Shown here piece after piece: positions 1 to 11,177 of a DNA stretch of 64,000 nucleotides. The translations under genes and the position numbers were made by a program. The notes beneath the pieces were generated by a model. The model was not told where the DNA came from and ran no database searches. It saw only the letters and a program-made list of their open reading frames with translations. Position 1 is the stretch's first letter. Every line of letters starts with the position of its first letter. The DNA is from an uncultured delta proteobacterium (lineage in GTDB: Bacteria; Myxococcota_A; Polyangia; Polyangiales; Polyangiaceae), in the NCBI GenBank assembly GCA_963841435.1, contig CAWJCS010000004.1:768001-832000 (forward strand), given 5' to 3'.

Positions 1-807
1 CCTCGCACCCGCCGTTTCGAGGTGGAGCGCCGTGCGTAGCATCAGACCGTCGAGCGGCAGCGTGCCCGAGTGATTGGCCACCACGATACAACGCCCCTGC
101 GCGGGCAGATTCTCGATGCCGCTCGTCTTGGCGCGAAAATAGCGGCGATACAAAAACTCGGCGATGGGCCGGACCTTGCTCTCGTAGGCGGGGTCGAGGC
201 CGAAGTCGTCGACCTCTTCGGAACGGCTGCGCAGGCCCTCGCGCCCCCACTGTTTCTCGAAGTAAGGGCTCGCGTCGGCGACCTCCGGCGTGGCCGCGGG
301 CGCGGGCGCGTCGGCGCTGGCGGGCGTGCCCAGGGGGCGGCTGTTGGCCTCGCGCTCGGATTCGGCTCGGGCGGCGCTCGTGCGAATCAGTCCGTCGAGG
401 CGCGCCTCCAGGGACTTGATCTGCTCCGCAACGTCGCCATGGGGGGCGCCCGACGGTGGCATCGAGTCGAGCGGGTCGGACCAGCCGAGGTGCGGCGGGA
501 TCATGCGCGAGCCGAGCCCGAGCTCGGGGGCCTCCTCGACGAGATCCTCGTCCTCATCGAGACCGAGCGTCGGCGGGGGCGGCCGCGGAGCTCTTTGCTT
601 CGGCTCGACGGGCTCGGGGTGAGGCGGCGCCGCCGTGGCTGGGGGTTTGGCTTTGGGCTTGCCCGGGCTCTCCGCCTTCTTGCCGTCGCCCTTCGTGGAG
701 GCCCTGCCGCGTGCGGCGGGCTTCTTCGGGGCGTCGTTCTTGGGCTCAGCCTCGCCGGCGCGGCGCTTGCGCACGCTGACCTCGTCCTTTTTCTTCTTCT
801 TGGTCAC
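1..807 (-). CDS. Lysophospholipid/glycerol acyltransferase family protein with long Lys/Pro-rich N-terminal extension (runs off window start)
   Basis: Manual translation from GTG at 807 (overlaps upstream stop): ...DDFGLDPAYESKVRPIAEFLYRRYFRAKTSGIENLPAQGRCIVVANHSGTLPLDG, containing the PlsC-type NHxxxxxxD motif. Not in the ORF track because it has no stop in the window. Confidence 0.8.
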   Translation of the reverse strand, partial: MTKKKKKDEVSVRKRRAGEAEPKNDAPKKPAARGRASTKGDGKKAESPGKPKAKPPATAAPPHPEPVEPKQRAPRPPPPTLGLDEDEDLVEEAPELGLGSRMIPPHLGWSDPLDSMPPSGAPHGDVAEQIKSLEARLDGLIRTSAARAESEREANSRPLGTPASADAPAPAATPEVADASPYFEKQWGREGLRSRSEEVDDFGLDPAYESKVRPIAEFLYRRYFRAKTSGIENLPAQGRCIVVANHSGTLPLDGLMLRTALHLETAGAR

Positions 808-1856
808 GCCGGCGTCTCCGACAGGAGCTTCACGTCACGCAGGTGCTGAGCGTTCGCGAAGTCGATGATCGCCTCACGGCTCGTGTAGAGCGGCCGGAAG
901 CTCAGCGCACGCCGGGCGAGCTCGCCGTCCGCCACGCACACGAACTCGAGATAATCGAAGAACGACGGGGGCGCCTCGGCGATCTGCGCCACCCAGAGCG
1001 CACCGACGAGGGGGCCCGCGAGCGGTCGCGGCAGCGGAAACGGCGCACGCCCGGCGAGGCGAATCGCGGTGCTCAGCGGAAGCACGCCGTCCGGCGTGAC
1101 GTTGAAGACGCCGGGCGCATCGCGCAAAACGGCGAGTCGAAACGCTGCGACGGCGTCGGCCTCGTGCAAGAACTGGCAGAGCGGATCGAACCCGAGCACC
1201 GTGGGAACGAGGCGGTGGCTCAGATACCGCGTGAGGAAGTTGTTGACGGTAGGGCCGATGATGGGAGCCGTGCGCAGGATCGTCACCGTGCGGCCGCGCC
1301 CGGGCTTACCGAAGCGTAGCGCCTCGCTCTCGGCCTCGATCTTATCGGCCAGGCAGGGCTCGGTACGGCGCGCGCGAAGCGGGTGCTTCTCCGACAGAAA
1401 ATTGGGGTTGGTGGGGTGCGCGCCGTAGAGCAACGTCTGGCTCCACATCACGAGCTTCTCGACCCTCGAGCGGCGGCACGCGTTCATGAGATGCATCGTG
1501 CCGACGCTCTCGAGCTCGTGGGCGAAGCCCCTCGCGTGCGTCGGTGACGGCAGAAATGCCAGGTGGAGCACCGTGTCCACGCCTTCGGCGACGAAAATCT
1601 CCGAGAGGCGCTCCTCGGCGGCGGGGTGGGTGAGGTCGAAGTCGTACACCCGGGTCTTGTTGCCGGCCGTGCCGGGCGGCCGCGTGTCCAGGGCGACCAG
1701 GCTCCGGATCGCCTCCTCCTCCTCGAGCACACCGATCAGGTTCGTGCCGAGAAAGGTCGATGCGCCGGTGACGGCGACGACTCGCCGCCGTGGCGGCCGT
1801 GAAGCCAGGGCGGAAGATCCTGGCACCGAGTAGTCCAAGGTGCGGTCGTCACTCAC
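804..1856 (-). CDS. NAD-dependent epimerase/dehydratase family protein
   Basis: Rossmann-like VAVTGASTFLG and VLHLAF; translationally coupled to the acyltransferase. Confidence 0.8.
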   Translation of the reverse strand: MSDDRTLDYSVPGSSALASRPPRRRVVAVTGASTFLGTNLIGVLEEEEAIRSLVALDTRPPGTAGNKTRVYDFDLTHPAAEERLSEIFVAEGVDTVLHLAFLPSPTHARGFAHELESVGTMHLMNACRRSRVEKLVMWSQTLLYGAHPTNPNFLSEKHPLRARRTEPCLADKIEAESEALRFGKPGRGRTVTILRTAPIIGPTVNNFLTRYLSHRLVPTVLGFDPLCQFLHEADAVAAFRLAVLRDAPGVFNVTPDGVLPLSTAIRLAGRAPFPLPRPLAGPLVGALWVAQIAEAPPSFFDYLEFVCVADGELARRALSFRPLYTSREAIIDFANAQHLRDVKLLSETPA

Positions 1857-1987
1857 GTTCGGCGCTCTCCGAGGGCGGCGTTCGGGGAAGGTCCAACGAG
1901 CGTGACCCTACCACACCCGCTCACCAATTCGATTGGCGGGCCTCGATGGGCAAGGCATAAATGCCGGCTGTCGGCTACACTAACCTG

Positions 1988-3001
1988 ATGGACGAATCCG
2001 CGGCCCAGCCCCAGCGACTGGGGCCATACCTTCTCGGTGAGCGCCTCGGATTCGGCGGCATGGCTGAGGTCTTCGTGGCCACGCGGCCCGGCCCGCACGG
2101 TTTCAACAAGCGCTTCGCGGTCAAACGCATTTTGCCGGAGCTCGCGCGCGACCCGCGCTTCGTGGCGATGTTCTGCGACGAGGCCCGCATCTGCGCGAGC
2201 CTTTCGCACCCGAACATCGTCGAAGTGATCGACTTCGGCGAGAGCGACGGCGAAGTGTTCATGGCGCTCGAGTACGTCGACGGCATCTCGCTCGCGAAGC
2301 TCCTGCGCATGGTGGCGGGCGCTCGGCGGCGCTTCCCCGTGCCTGTCGCGCTGTTCATGGCGCACGAGCTCCTGCGCGCTCTCGATTTCGCGCACACCGC
2401 TTGCGACGAGATGGGGCGACCGCTCGGCATCGTGCACCGCGACGTGTCGCCGGGCAACGTGCTCATCGGTCGCACGGGCGAGGTGAAGCTCGGCGACTTC
2501 GGCATCCTGCTCTCGTCGTTCGTCAACCGTCGCACGCACCCAGGCGAGCTCAAGGGCAAGATCGGTTACATGTCGCCCGAGCAAGCGATGGGCAGTGCCA
2601 TCGACCCGCGCAGCGACCTCTTCGCCGTGGGTATCGTGCTCTCCGAGATGCTGCTCGCTCGCCCGCTGTTTTCGGGCAAGAACGAGTTCGAGATCCTCAC
2701 CAAGATCCACGACGCGGACCTCTCGAACCTCGACAAGTACGGCCACACCGTGCCGACCGAAGTGATGGCCATCGTGCGTACGGCCCTCGCGCGCGAACCG
2801 TCGCGGCGCTACGCGAGCGCGGCGGCCTTCGCGCTGGCGATCCAGAGCGCCACCGATCACCTGGGCTTGCCGGCGGCGGGCGCCCCGGAGCTCGTTTCGT
2901 GGCTGTCGGCCGTGGGTGCGCTGCCGTCGCGTAGCGGCACCATGCCCGTCCAGCGCGTCGAGGACTACCTGCCGCCCGTGCGCACCAAAGGCGATCGCTG
3001 A
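1988..3001 (+). CDS. Hanks-type Ser/Thr protein kinase (kinase domain only)
   Basis: GFGGMAEV, AVK, HRDVSPGN, LGDFG, YMSPEQ. Start placed at ATG 1988, 6 nt after TACACT (ORF track start 1961). Confidence 0.9.
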   Translation: MDESAAQPQRLGPYLLGERLGFGGMAEVFVATRPGPHGFNKRFAVKRILPELARDPRFVAMFCDEARICASLSHPNIVEVIDFGESDGEVFMALEYVDGISLAKLLRMVAGARRRFPVPVALFMAHELLRALDFAHTACDEMGRPLGIVHRDVSPGNVLIGRTGEVKLGDFGILLSSFVNRRTHPGELKGKIGYMSPEQAMGSAIDPRSDLFAVGIVLSEMLLARPLFSGKNEFEILTKIHDADLSNLDKYGHTVPTEVMAIVRTALAREPSRRYASAAAFALAIQSATDHLGLPAAGAPELVSWLSAVGALPSRSGTMPVQRVEDYLPPVRTKGDR

Positions 3002-3015
3002 ACGCGTTCGGTCCG

Positions 3016-4739
3016 TCACGCGTTGGGGGCGCGGGGCGGTAGCGTGGGGCGTTCCGAGCTGCCGGGATCGCTCAGCGTTCGCACCGAGGTGGGGGGGCTC
3101 GAGTCGGGGCCCGCGGGCTCGAGCAGCGACAGTAGCGACTTCAAATCGATGGGCTTTTGCAGCGTCGGACAGTGGCTGTTTTTCACGTAGTCGGCCTCGG
3201 CGCGGCCGAGCGCGCCACCCGTGATGAACACGAAGCGCGCCGCCGTTTCGGGGCGCGCGCGCAGCATCCGCTCGTGCAAGACGTTGCCGTTTTGTCCGGG
3301 AAGGTACACGTCGCACACGACGAGGTCGGGCGAATAGTCGGGCTCTAGCAGCACGATTTCGGCTTCCGAGGCAGTCGCCGCCGTCCTCACGTCGTGGGGC
3401 TTGAGCCCGCGGCGTAGGGCGCGCAACAGCACCGGATCGTCGTCGACGATGAGGATCTTGCTATTGCCGGGCGCCGCGGTCGAAGCGGGAAGCGGCGTTT
3501 CGCTGAACTTTGCTTCGCCCGCGGCGTTGACGCGCGGCAAGACCACGTGGAGCGCCGCACCGCCGCCCCTGCGCTCGTGGACTTCGATGTGCCCGCCGTG
3601 CTCGGCGACGACGTCCGAGCAGATCTTGAGGCCGAGGCCGGCTCGGTCACCGCGCTGCTTGGTGGTGTAAAACGGCAAAAAGACGTTCTCCACGGCATCC
3701 TGCGGGATCCCGGGGCCGTTGTCCGAGAGCATGAGCAGCACGTGCGGGCCGTCGGCGGCGACGCGCACCCAGATGCGTGGACGCGACACGGCAGAGCACG
3801 CGTCGGCAGCGTTGAAGACCAGGTTCAGCACAACCTGGCCGAGGGCGTCCCTTCGGCCGAGCGTGAAGCAGTCCGCGTCGTAGTGCTCGAGTAGCTCGAT
3901 GCCGAGCCGCTCGAGATGGGGTCGCGCCACGACGATTGCCTCGCGCGCGGCGGCCGACACGTCAACGCGCGCGAGCGGTGTTTCGCGGCGGCCGACGCTC
4001 GTGAGCTTGTCGATGGTGTCGCGGATGCGAACGATGGCGATGCCCATGTCGGACGCCAGCTCGGCGAGCTCCGCCACGGCGCCGCCCACGGCGGTGTCGC
4101 TCGGCCCGCCGAGTCGCTCGAGCTGCTCGACGAGCCGCGTGAGCTCGTCCTGCTGCAACGCGAGTGCCCCCGTCGGGCTCCGGAGCTCGTGCGCCACCGT
4201 CGCGGTGACGAGCCCGACGCCGGCGTTCGAGACGCCCGTGACCAGGCGGCTGCGGTCGAGGTGGGCCTCTTCTTGATGGCGCTCGCGCTCGAGCGCGAGC
4301 GCGGCGATGCCGGCGATGGTGGAGACGAAGGCGAGGGTCTCTTCGTCGAGCATGGCTGCGTCGTCGAAGCAGAGGACGATGGTCGAACAGGACGCTGCGC
4401 CGGTGGAGGATCGGCTGCACGAGGATGGCTCGCGCGCCGAGCGCCGCGAGCTCGCTCGCATCGGGGACCAGTTCGAATCTCGCGCCGCACGTCGTTCACC
4501 TGAACGACGCGCCGGGCCGTGGCGGCGCGCTCGGCGAGCGCACGCGCCCCGCGCCGCAGCCGCACGAGGTCGAGGCCCGGCCGCAGGCTGAGCCGCCGTT
4601 CCGCCGCGGGCTCGAGGGCGCCGTCCGAGCCGAACGCCAGGGCGCATCGAGCCGGGGACGCATCGAGCAGCGCGTCGAGGCAGTCGCCGAGCACGCCGCC
4701 GGCAGACTCTTGCGAAAGGCGCAGAGACAACGCGCACAA
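3016..4739 (-). CDS. Hybrid sensor histidine kinase (GAF-like, HisKA, HATPase, receiver); frameshifted near 4400-4470
   Basis: H-box VAHELRSP, N-box NLVFNA, DNGPGI, FYTTK, GLGL, receiver ILIVDDD...VVCD...KP. N-terminal part lies in another frame (3825..4739 ORF). Start uncertain. Confidence 0.8.
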
Positions 4740-4828
4740 GGCTTCGAGCCTCCGGAGTCGCAGAGCCTGGGACAGTGGGTACCCCGACGCAGCCTAGCAG
4801 CCTGCTTTGGATCGGTCTCGGGATTGTG

Positions 4829-5413
4829 TCAGAGCAGCTTTCGCATCACCGGGTACTGTGCTTGCTCGTGGACGACCTCGAAGCCCTCGGTTTCGAGTAG
4901 AAGCAGGGGCCCGGTCCACAGCATCTCGTCGCCTACGTCGTTGGCGCGTCGAGGAAACGCTTCGAGCGCCGTGCCGCCGCGCGTACGCGCGAGCTCGATA
5001 CCCGTTCGGAGCAGCGCGCGCGCCACGCCGCGCCGGCGCTCCTCGGGGTCGACCAGAAAGCAGCCAACCACCCAAACGCGGTCACGCACCCCTTGCAAGC
5101 AGGGCAGGTCTCGGTAAATCCGCTGCTCGTAGAGCTTCGGGAGCGCCTGAGCCGGCTCGAGCTTCATCCATCCGACGACCCGTGCGCCGCGCCGTGCGAC
5201 GACGCCGGCGAGCGTTTCGTCTCGCGCTCTTTGCTCGAGAGCCGAACGGTTGGCACCGGGTTCGAAGGCCAGGCGCGCGAGCCAGGCGTTCTTGTCGCCC
5301 GTGAAGTGCCAGTACTGACAATGGCAGCCCGAGCCCGAGCGTTCGAATAGCTCGGCGAGCGCCGCCGCGTGCTTTGCCGCATAGGGCTCGGCGGAGAGAG
5401 CGTCCCAGGTCAC
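4829..5413 (-). CDS. GNAT family N-acetyltransferase
   Basis: [18 protein letters not shown] acetyl-CoA motif A; N-terminal GCHCQYW. Confidence 0.8.
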   Translation of the reverse strand: MTWDALSAEPYAAKHAAALAELFERSGSGCHCQYWHFTGDKNAWLARLAFEPGANRSALEQRARDETLAGVVARRGARVVGWMKLEPAQALPKLYEQRIYRDLPCLQGVRDRVWVVGCFLVDPEERRRGVARALLRTGIELARTRGGTALEAFPRRANDVGDEMLWTGPLLLLETEGFEVVHEQAQYPVMRKLL

Positions 5414-6903
5414 GCGCGCGTGAGCCGCTCCACGGCGGCCGCCGCCGAGAACAAGCGCGCCTCGCCGAAGGCCGGCGCCAGGAGCTGCAGACCGACGGGC
5501 AGCGCGGGCCGGCTTTCGGTGGCGGCGGTCGCGCCGCAGGGCACGCTGAGGGCGGCAATGCCGGCGAGGCTCGCCGGCAGCGTGTACACGTCGGCGAGGT
5601 ACATCGCGAGCGGGTCGTCGATCTTCTCGCCGAGGCGGAAGGCGGGCGTGGGGCTCGTCGGTGCCGCGATCACGTCGACCTCGGCGAAGGCGGCGTCGAA
5701 GTCGCGGCGGATGAGCGTTCGGACGCGCTGCGCCTTGCGATAGTACGCGTCGTAGTAGCCGGCGCTCAGCACGTAGGTGCCGAGCAGGATGCGGCGCTTC
5801 ACTTCCTGGCCGAAGCCTGCGTCACGCGTGGAGCCGTACATCGCCGTGAGGTCGCCGCGCTCGGGCTCGATGCGCAACCCGAAGCGCACCCCGTCGAAGC
5901 GCGCCAGGTTCGACGAAGCTTCGGCCGTGGCGACGATGTAGTAGGTGGCGACCCCGTAGCGCGTGTGCGGCAGGGTGACGGGCTTGATGGTCGCGCCGTC
6001 ACCCTCGAGCTTGCGAAGGGCTTCGCGAACGGCGCGTTCGACCTCGGGGTCGAGGCCTTCGGCGAAGTACTCCTGGGGCAAGCCGACACGCAGGCCCTTC
6101 ACGTCCCGCCCGCAGGCGGCGACGTAGTCGGCGACGGGTACCTCGGCGGCCGTCGAGTCGTGAGGATCCGCGCCCGCGATGGCGGCGAGCAGGTGCGCGG
6201 CGCCCTCGACGTCGCGGGCGAAAGGTCCCACCTGGTCGAGGCTCGACGCGAAGGCGATGAGCCCATAGCGCGAGACGCGGCCGTAGCTCGGTTTGACGCC
6301 CACGACGCCACAGAGCGACGCGGGCTGGCGGATCGAGCCGCCCGTATCGCTGCCGAGCGCGCCGAGCGCCATGCCCGCGGCGACGGCCACGGCGCTGCCG
6401 CTCGACGAGCCCCCCGGGGCGCGCGTGGGATCGACGGGGTTCTTGGCGGGGCCGAACGCCGAATTTTCGCCCGACGAGCCCATCGCGAACTCGTCCATGT
6501 TCGTCTTGCCGACGAGCAGCGCCCCGGCGGTTCTGAGGCGCGCGACCGACGTGGCATCGTACGGCGGGCGGAAGCCGTGCTCCGGTCCCGTGGGCTTTCC
6601 GTCGGGCCCGCGCCGCGTGAGGATGCGCGAGCCGGCCGTCGTGGGGGCATCGAGCGTGCAGAGCGCGTCCTTGATGGCGACGGGTACGCCGGCGAGCGGG
6701 CCGAGAGATTCCCCGCGCGCTCGCCGCGCGTCGAGCTCGGCGGCGTTCGCGAGCACGGCTTCGTCGTTCACGTACAAGAACGCGTTCAAGTCGCGACCTG
6801 CGTGGATGCGCTCGAGCGTGCTCTTTGCAACCTCGACGGCGGAGAGCTCCCCGCGAGCAACGGCGCTCGCGAGCGCCCCGACGGACAAGTCGAGCGCGCC
6901 CAT
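5410..6903 (-). CDS. gatA: Asp/Glu-tRNA(Asn/Gln) amidotransferase subunit A
   Basis: Amidase signature [55 protein letters not shown]. Confidence 0.97.
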   Translation of the reverse strand: MGALDLSVGALASAVARGELSAVEVAKSTLERIHAGRDLNAFLYVNDEAVLANAAELDARRARGESLGPLAGVPVAIKDALCTLDAPTTAGSRILTRRGPDGKPTGPEHGFRPPYDATSVARLRTAGALLVGKTNMDEFAMGSSGENSAFGPAKNPVDPTRAPGGSSSGSAVAVAAGMALGALGSDTGGSIRQPASLCGVVGVKPSYGRVSRYGLIAFASSLDQVGPFARDVEGAAHLLAAIAGADPHDSTAAEVPVADYVAACGRDVKGLRVGLPQEYFAEGLDPEVERAVREALRKLEGDGATIKPVTLPHTRYGVATYYIVATAEASSNLARFDGVRFGLRIEPERGDLTAMYGSTRDAGFGQEVKRRILLGTYVLSAGYYDAYYRKAQRVRTLIRRDFDAAFAEVDVIAAPTSPTPAFRLGEKIDDPLAMYLADVYTLPASLAGIAALSVPCGATAATESRPALPVGLQLLAPAFGEARLFSAAAAVERLTRA

Positions 6904-7193
6904 CAGTCGTCCACGAAGCCCGGCACCGCGAACCCGCCGCCACCGCGACGCGGCGCCTCGGCGAGCGCAGCGTCCGTCGCGAGTCCCGGAACCACCAGAT
7001 CAGCGCGCAGTGGCGCGCGTTCGGCGGCGACATTCGCCGTTTCCGGCACGCCGTCGGTGGCGAGCTGGTTGAGCTCTTCGACGTAGGCGAGGATCTTGGC
7101 GAGGTCGCGCTGCATGACGACCACTTCCTCCGGCTCGAGGTCGAGCCGCGCGAGGCGTGCCACGTGCAGCACCGTCTCCTTGGTGATGGCCAT
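6903..7193 (-). CDS. gatC: Asp/Glu-tRNA amidotransferase subunit C
   Basis: [17 protein letters not shown]...LRAD...FAVP, 96 aa, directly upstream of gatA. Confidence 0.93.
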   Translation of the reverse strand: MAITKETVLHVARLARLDLEPEEVVVMQRDLAKILAYVEELNQLATDGVPETANVAAERAPLRADLVVPGLATDAALAEAPRRGGGGFAVPGFVDD

Positions 7194-7408
7194 GGCGCGC
7201 TCATAGCAGCCCCGCGGCGGGCCGGGAACGGAGCGCTGCCCGCACATCCGTTCAGCCCGCGGGCCCACGAGGAAACCAGCGCCCCGGCCGAGCCGATGCG
7301 GCCGACGTGTCCGAGTCGCGCCCTTCCAACTCGACGGCCACGACGCTCGTCTATATCCTCCGTTCGAGACCGCGCCTCGCCGACCGGTGGAGGCCAGCGG
7401 GGGCACGT

Positions 7409-9190
7409 GTGAGAAACGGCGAGTTCGTCACAGGAGAACCGGTCCCGGGCACGCGCTACCGCGTGCACCGTCTACTCGGTGTCGGCGGCATGGGGTCCGT
7501 CTACGAGGTCGAGCACATGGAGCTCGGCAAACGCTTCGTGCTGAAAGCGCTGCTCAGCGACCTCGCCATGCGCGAAGATCTGGTGACGCGCCTGCGCAAC
7601 GAGCAACGCGCGCTCGGCCGTCTCGAGCATCCGAACATCGTGACCGTGACGGACGCGGGCGTCACGAGCCAAAACGTGCCGTTCTTCGTGATGGAGCGGC
7701 TCGAGGGCGAGACGCTCGGCGCGCGGATCAAGCGCGTGCGAAGGCTCCCGCCGCTCGAAGCGCTGCGCGTCGCAGAGGGTGTGCTCCAGGGGCTTGCGGC
7801 CGCGCACGAGATCGGCGTCGTGCACCGCGACATCAAACCCCCGAACATCTTCCTGGTCGCCGGTAACAAGCCAAAATTATTGGACTTTGGAGTGGCCAAG
7901 ATCGCCGACGCCGGCGGCGCGATCACGGCGCGCGGCGTCGCCGTCGGCACGCCCCGCTACATGTCGCCCGAGCAGGCGAGCGGCGAGCCGGTCGATGGTC
8001 GCTCGGATCTTTACGCCGTTGGGCTCTTGCTCTTCGAGATGATCGTCGGTCACGGGCCCTTCGACGACGCGCGCGACGCGAACGAGATGCTCCTCGCGCA
8101 GCTTGGACGCAGGCCACCGAGCTTGATCGAGTGTGCGCCCGACGTAACACCCGAGCTCGATGCGCTCGTGCAGAGCCTGCTCGCCAAGGATCCCGCGCGC
8201 CGGCCCCAGCACGCGCGGGCAGCCGCGCTGAGCGTCTGCACCGCGCAGCGAGCTTACGGCGCACCCGAGCGTTTCGACACGGCGACACCGCCTGTCGGTC
8301 AGGTCCCCGCCGCGGGTCCCTCGCGCGCGACGTTGCTCGTCGGATCGCCGACGGGGTCGGTCACGGACGCTCCGACGGTGGCAAGAGGCCCAGCCCCGCG
8401 CGAGCACACCAAAGACACGCTCATCGACGACCGAGGCTCCACGCTCACCGGGGAGCTCGGCGCGAGCACGCGGACCGAGCTTTTGCCGGCCGTAACGCCG
8501 CCGGTCGCCAGCGTCACCGAGACGCGCACGCAGGTCCTCATCACGCCGCCGGATGGCGAGCGCACGCTCGATCCGGTTCCCGTCGAGCCTCGGCCGCCTT
8601 CGGTGCCGCCCGGCGAGAGGCCTCGGCGCGGGCGTGCGCTCGTCGCCGCGGGCGTCCTCGCCGTCGGCGGCGGGTTGCTGCTCCGCTCGTTGCTGGCCGC
8701 GCAGGGCGGGGCTGCGGCCGCGCAGCCTCCCGAAGACGTGCTCGGAGGAGACGCGCCGTCGGCTTCGTCGCAGCCGGAGCTCACGGGCGCTTCGCCGCGG
8801 GCGGGCGCCGAGTCCGTGACGGTCGGGCGTGCGGAGTCGCCCGCATCGAGCGTCGGGCTCGGGGCGCCTTCAGGCGCGCTCACGACGAGGTCGGCCTCCC
8901 CGCCGTCGGCGGTCGCGCCGGCATCGGTCCCTCGGGTAGCGACCGGACGACCGCCGTCGACTGCGTCCGCGGTCCCGGCTCCCGTGGCGACGCCCGCGGC
9001 GCCGAAGCCCGCAAAATCGGGGCCGTCCATTCCGACACCCCGGCCCGCGCCCGCCGCCTCCGGGGCCGCACCCACCGCCGCGCGGGCCCCGGCGACCCCG
9101 AAATCCGGCCTGAGCGTTGCTTTGACGCCAGCGGCCGCCCCGTCGAAGCCGGCCCCCGTCCCGACGGGGTTGCCGAGCTCGGGTCTCTAG
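7409..9190 (+). CDS. Membrane Ser/Thr protein kinase with Pro/Ala-rich C-terminal tail
   Basis: GVGGMGSV, HRDIKPPN, LLDFG, GTPRYMSPEQ; one hydrophobic segment ALVAAGVLAVGGGLLL. Start GTG 7409 is estimated (ORF track 7307). Confidence 0.88.
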   Translation: MRNGEFVTGEPVPGTRYRVHRLLGVGGMGSVYEVEHMELGKRFVLKALLSDLAMREDLVTRLRNEQRALGRLEHPNIVTVTDAGVTSQNVPFFVMERLEGETLGARIKRVRRLPPLEALRVAEGVLQGLAAAHEIGVVHRDIKPPNIFLVAGNKPKLLDFGVAKIADAGGAITARGVAVGTPRYMSPEQASGEPVDGRSDLYAVGLLLFEMIVGHGPFDDARDANEMLLAQLGRRPPSLIECAPDVTPELDALVQSLLAKDPARRPQHARAAALSVCTAQRAYGAPERFDTATPPVGQVPAAGPSRATLLVGSPTGSVTDAPTVARGPAPREHTKDTLIDDRGSTLTGELGASTRTELLPAVTPPVASVTETRTQVLITPPDGERTLDPVPVEPRPPSVPPGERPRRGRALVAAGVLAVGGGLLLRSLLAAQGGAAAAQPPEDVLGGDAPSASSQPELTGASPRAGAESVTVGRAESPASSVGLGAPSGALTTRSASPPSAVAPASVPRVATGRPPSTASAVPAPVATPAAPKPAKSGPSIPTPRPAPAASGAAPTAARAPATPKSGLSVALTPAAAPSKPAPVPTGLPSSGL

Positions 9191-9225
9191 ACTAGGTATT
9201 CGGCCCCCCGGGATTTCCCCGGGGA

Positions 9226-9314
9226 CACACCACACGCCCCGGTGCGCGTCCGTCGGGTTCGGTGCTGGCTGCTTCGGCAGCCGGCTTGCCCGCGGCGGGG
9301 CGGAGGCCAAACCG
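9226..9314 (+). ncRNA. rpsB leader (t44 / ribosomal protein S2 autoregulatory element)
   Basis: Directly upstream of rpsB with the typical CACACG...CGGTGC-hairpin (GGCTGC-TTCG-GCAGCC)...GGAGG..AACC layout. Confidence 0.65.
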
Positions 9315-9332
9315 AAAGGAGCAGCGCAACCA

Positions 9333-10235
9333 ATGACTGACGTCCAAACGAGTGCCGATACGGCACCCGAACCAAATCCTACATACGAAGCGCCACCATC
9401 CGACGCGCCGCCACGGCAGCGCGATCCCGCGGCGCCCCTCGGCGTGCGCGAGCTGTTCGAAGCGGGCGTGCACTTCGGCCACCAGACCAAGCGCTGGAAC
9501 CCGAAGATGCGCCCGTTCATCTACGGCGCGCGCAGCGGCATCCACATCGTCGATCTCGACCAGACCGCGCGGCTCTTCAAGCGCGCGTTCGATTTCCTCT
9601 CCGACACCGTCTCGCGCGGCGGCTCGGTGCTGTTCGTCGGCACCAAGCGCCAGGCCGCAGGAGATCGTGCAGGAAGAGGCGCGCCGCGCCGGGCATGTTC
9701 TTCGTCACCAACCGCTGGCTCGGTGGCACCCTCACGAACTTCCGCACCATCAAGGGTGGCCTCGATCGCCTGCGCACCCTCGAGCGCATGCGCGAGGACG
9801 GCACGCACGAGCAGCTTCCGAAAAAGGAGGTCGTGCAGCTCGAGAAGGAGCGCGCGCGGCTCGAGAAGTACATCGGCGGCCTCAAGGGCATGGGCGCAGC
9901 TGCCGCAGGCGGTGTTCATCATCGATCCGGCGCAGGAATCGATCGCCGTCAGCGAAGCGCGCAAGCTTCACGTGCCGATCGTCGCCATCACCGACACGAA
10001 CTGCGATCCGGACCTCGTCGACTACGTGATTCCGGGCAACGACGACGCCATCCGCTCGGTGCGACTCATCACGGGCGCCGTCGCCGACGCGTGCGTCTAC
10101 GGACTCGCTCGTCGCCGCGAGCACCTGCACGCGAGCGAGCGCGAGGGTGGCGGCGGGCCGGGTCCGCGCGCGGGCAGCGATACCCAGGTCATTTACGCGC
10201 CTCGTGGGCCGCGGGCTGGCGAGGGTGAGAACTGA
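9333..10235 (+). CDS. rpsB: 30S ribosomal protein S2 (three +1 indels near 9655, 9691 and 9895, probably sequencing errors)
   Basis: [39 protein letters not shown] (alternate frame), [17 protein letters not shown]. Confidence 0.97.
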   Translation: MTDVQTSADTAPEPNPTYEAPPSDAPPRQRDPAAPLGVRELFEAGVHFGHQTKRWNPKMRPFIYGARSGIHIVDLDQTARLFKRAFDFLSDTVSRGGSVLFVGTKRQAAGDRAGRGAPRRACSSSPTAGSVAPSRTSAPSRVASIACAPSSACARTARTSSFRKRRSCSSRRSARGSRSTSAASRAWAQLPQAVFIIDPAQESIAVSEARKLHVPIVAITDTNCDPDLVDYVIPGNDDAIRSVRLITGAVADACVYGLARRREHLHASEREGGGGPGPRAGSDTQVIYAPRGPRAGEGEN

Positions 10236-10238
10236 GCC

Positions 10239-11177
10239 ATGGCACAAGTCAGCATGCAGAAGGTCAAGGAGCTGCGCGACCGCACCCAGGCGGGGCTCAA
10301 CGACTGCAAGGGCGCGCTCACCGAGGCCGAAGGCGACATGGAGAAGGCCGTCGAGGTCATCCTCAAGAAGGGCCTCGCCAAGAGCGCCAAGCGCGCCGGG
10401 GCGATCGCCGCCGAAGGCGTGGTCACCGCGCTCGTCGCCCCGGACGGCAAAGTCCGGCGTGATCGCCGAGGTGAACATCCAGACGGACTTCGCGGCCCGC
10501 AACGAGGATTTCCTCGCGTTCGTCAACAAGGTGGCCCAGGCGGCATTCACGGCGCGCGCCGGTGCCGACCTCGGCGCCGAGAAGGTGCCCGGGCGGCTCG
10601 GGAACGCTCGAGGAAGCGCGTCAGGCGCTCGTCGGCAAGCTCGGCGAAAACATCGCGATCCGCCGCTGGGATCGCGTCGCGATCGACGGCCCCGGCAAGG
10701 TGCACGCCTACGTGCACCTCGGCGGCAAGGTGGGCGTCGTGCTCGCCACGCGAACCGGCTCCGATGCGGCGGCCAAGTCGCCGAGCTTCGAGAAGTTCGT
10801 CGACGATTGCGCGATGCAGATCGCCGCGATGGCGCCCTCCTACGTGTCCGCCTCCGAGGTCCCCGCGGACGCGAAGGCCAAGCAGACGCAAATCTTCGAG
10901 GCGCAGCTCGCCGAAGAGGGCAAGCCGGAGAAGGCGCGTCCGAAGATCATCGAGGGCAAGATCGCCAAGTGGCTCAAGGATGTGTGCCCTGCTCGAGCAG
11001 CAGAGCGTCCTCGAGCAAGCGAAAAGAGCGTCGGAGCAGCTGCGCGCGTCGCTCGAAAAGGAGCTCGGCGCGGACGTGACGCTCGCGCGCTTCGTGCGCT
11101 TCGAGCGCGGCGAGGGCATCGAGAAGCCCGCCGGTGACGACTTCGCGACCGAGGTCGCGAAGATGGCCGGGGGATGA
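10239..11177 (+). CDS. tsf: Translation elongation factor Ts (several indels)
   Basis: [27 protein letters not shown] and AMQIAAMAP (alternate frames), [12 protein letters not shown]; follows rpsB. Confidence 0.95.
   Translation: MAQVSMQKVKELRDRTQAGLNDCKGALTEAEGDMEKAVEVILKKGLAKSAKRAGAIAAEGVVTALVAPDGKVRRDRRGEHPDGLRGPQRGFPRVRQQGGPGGIHGARRCRPRRREGARAARERSRKRVRRSSASSAKTSRSAAGIASRSTAPARCTPTCTSAARWASCSPREPAPMRRPSRRASRSSSTIARCRSPRWRPPTCPPPRSPRTRRPSRRKSSRRSSPKRASRRRRVRRSSRARSPSGSRMCALLEQQSVLEQAKRASEQLRASLEKELGADVTLARFVRFERGEGIEKPAGDDFATEVAKMAGG

Noticed and set aside
9333-11177. Frameshifts in rpsB and tsf as programmed frameshifting or pseudogenes
   Set aside because: These are essential genes and the lesions are scattered single-base indels in short C/G runs; the three in rpsB restore the frame. 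This is the usual pattern of long-read error.
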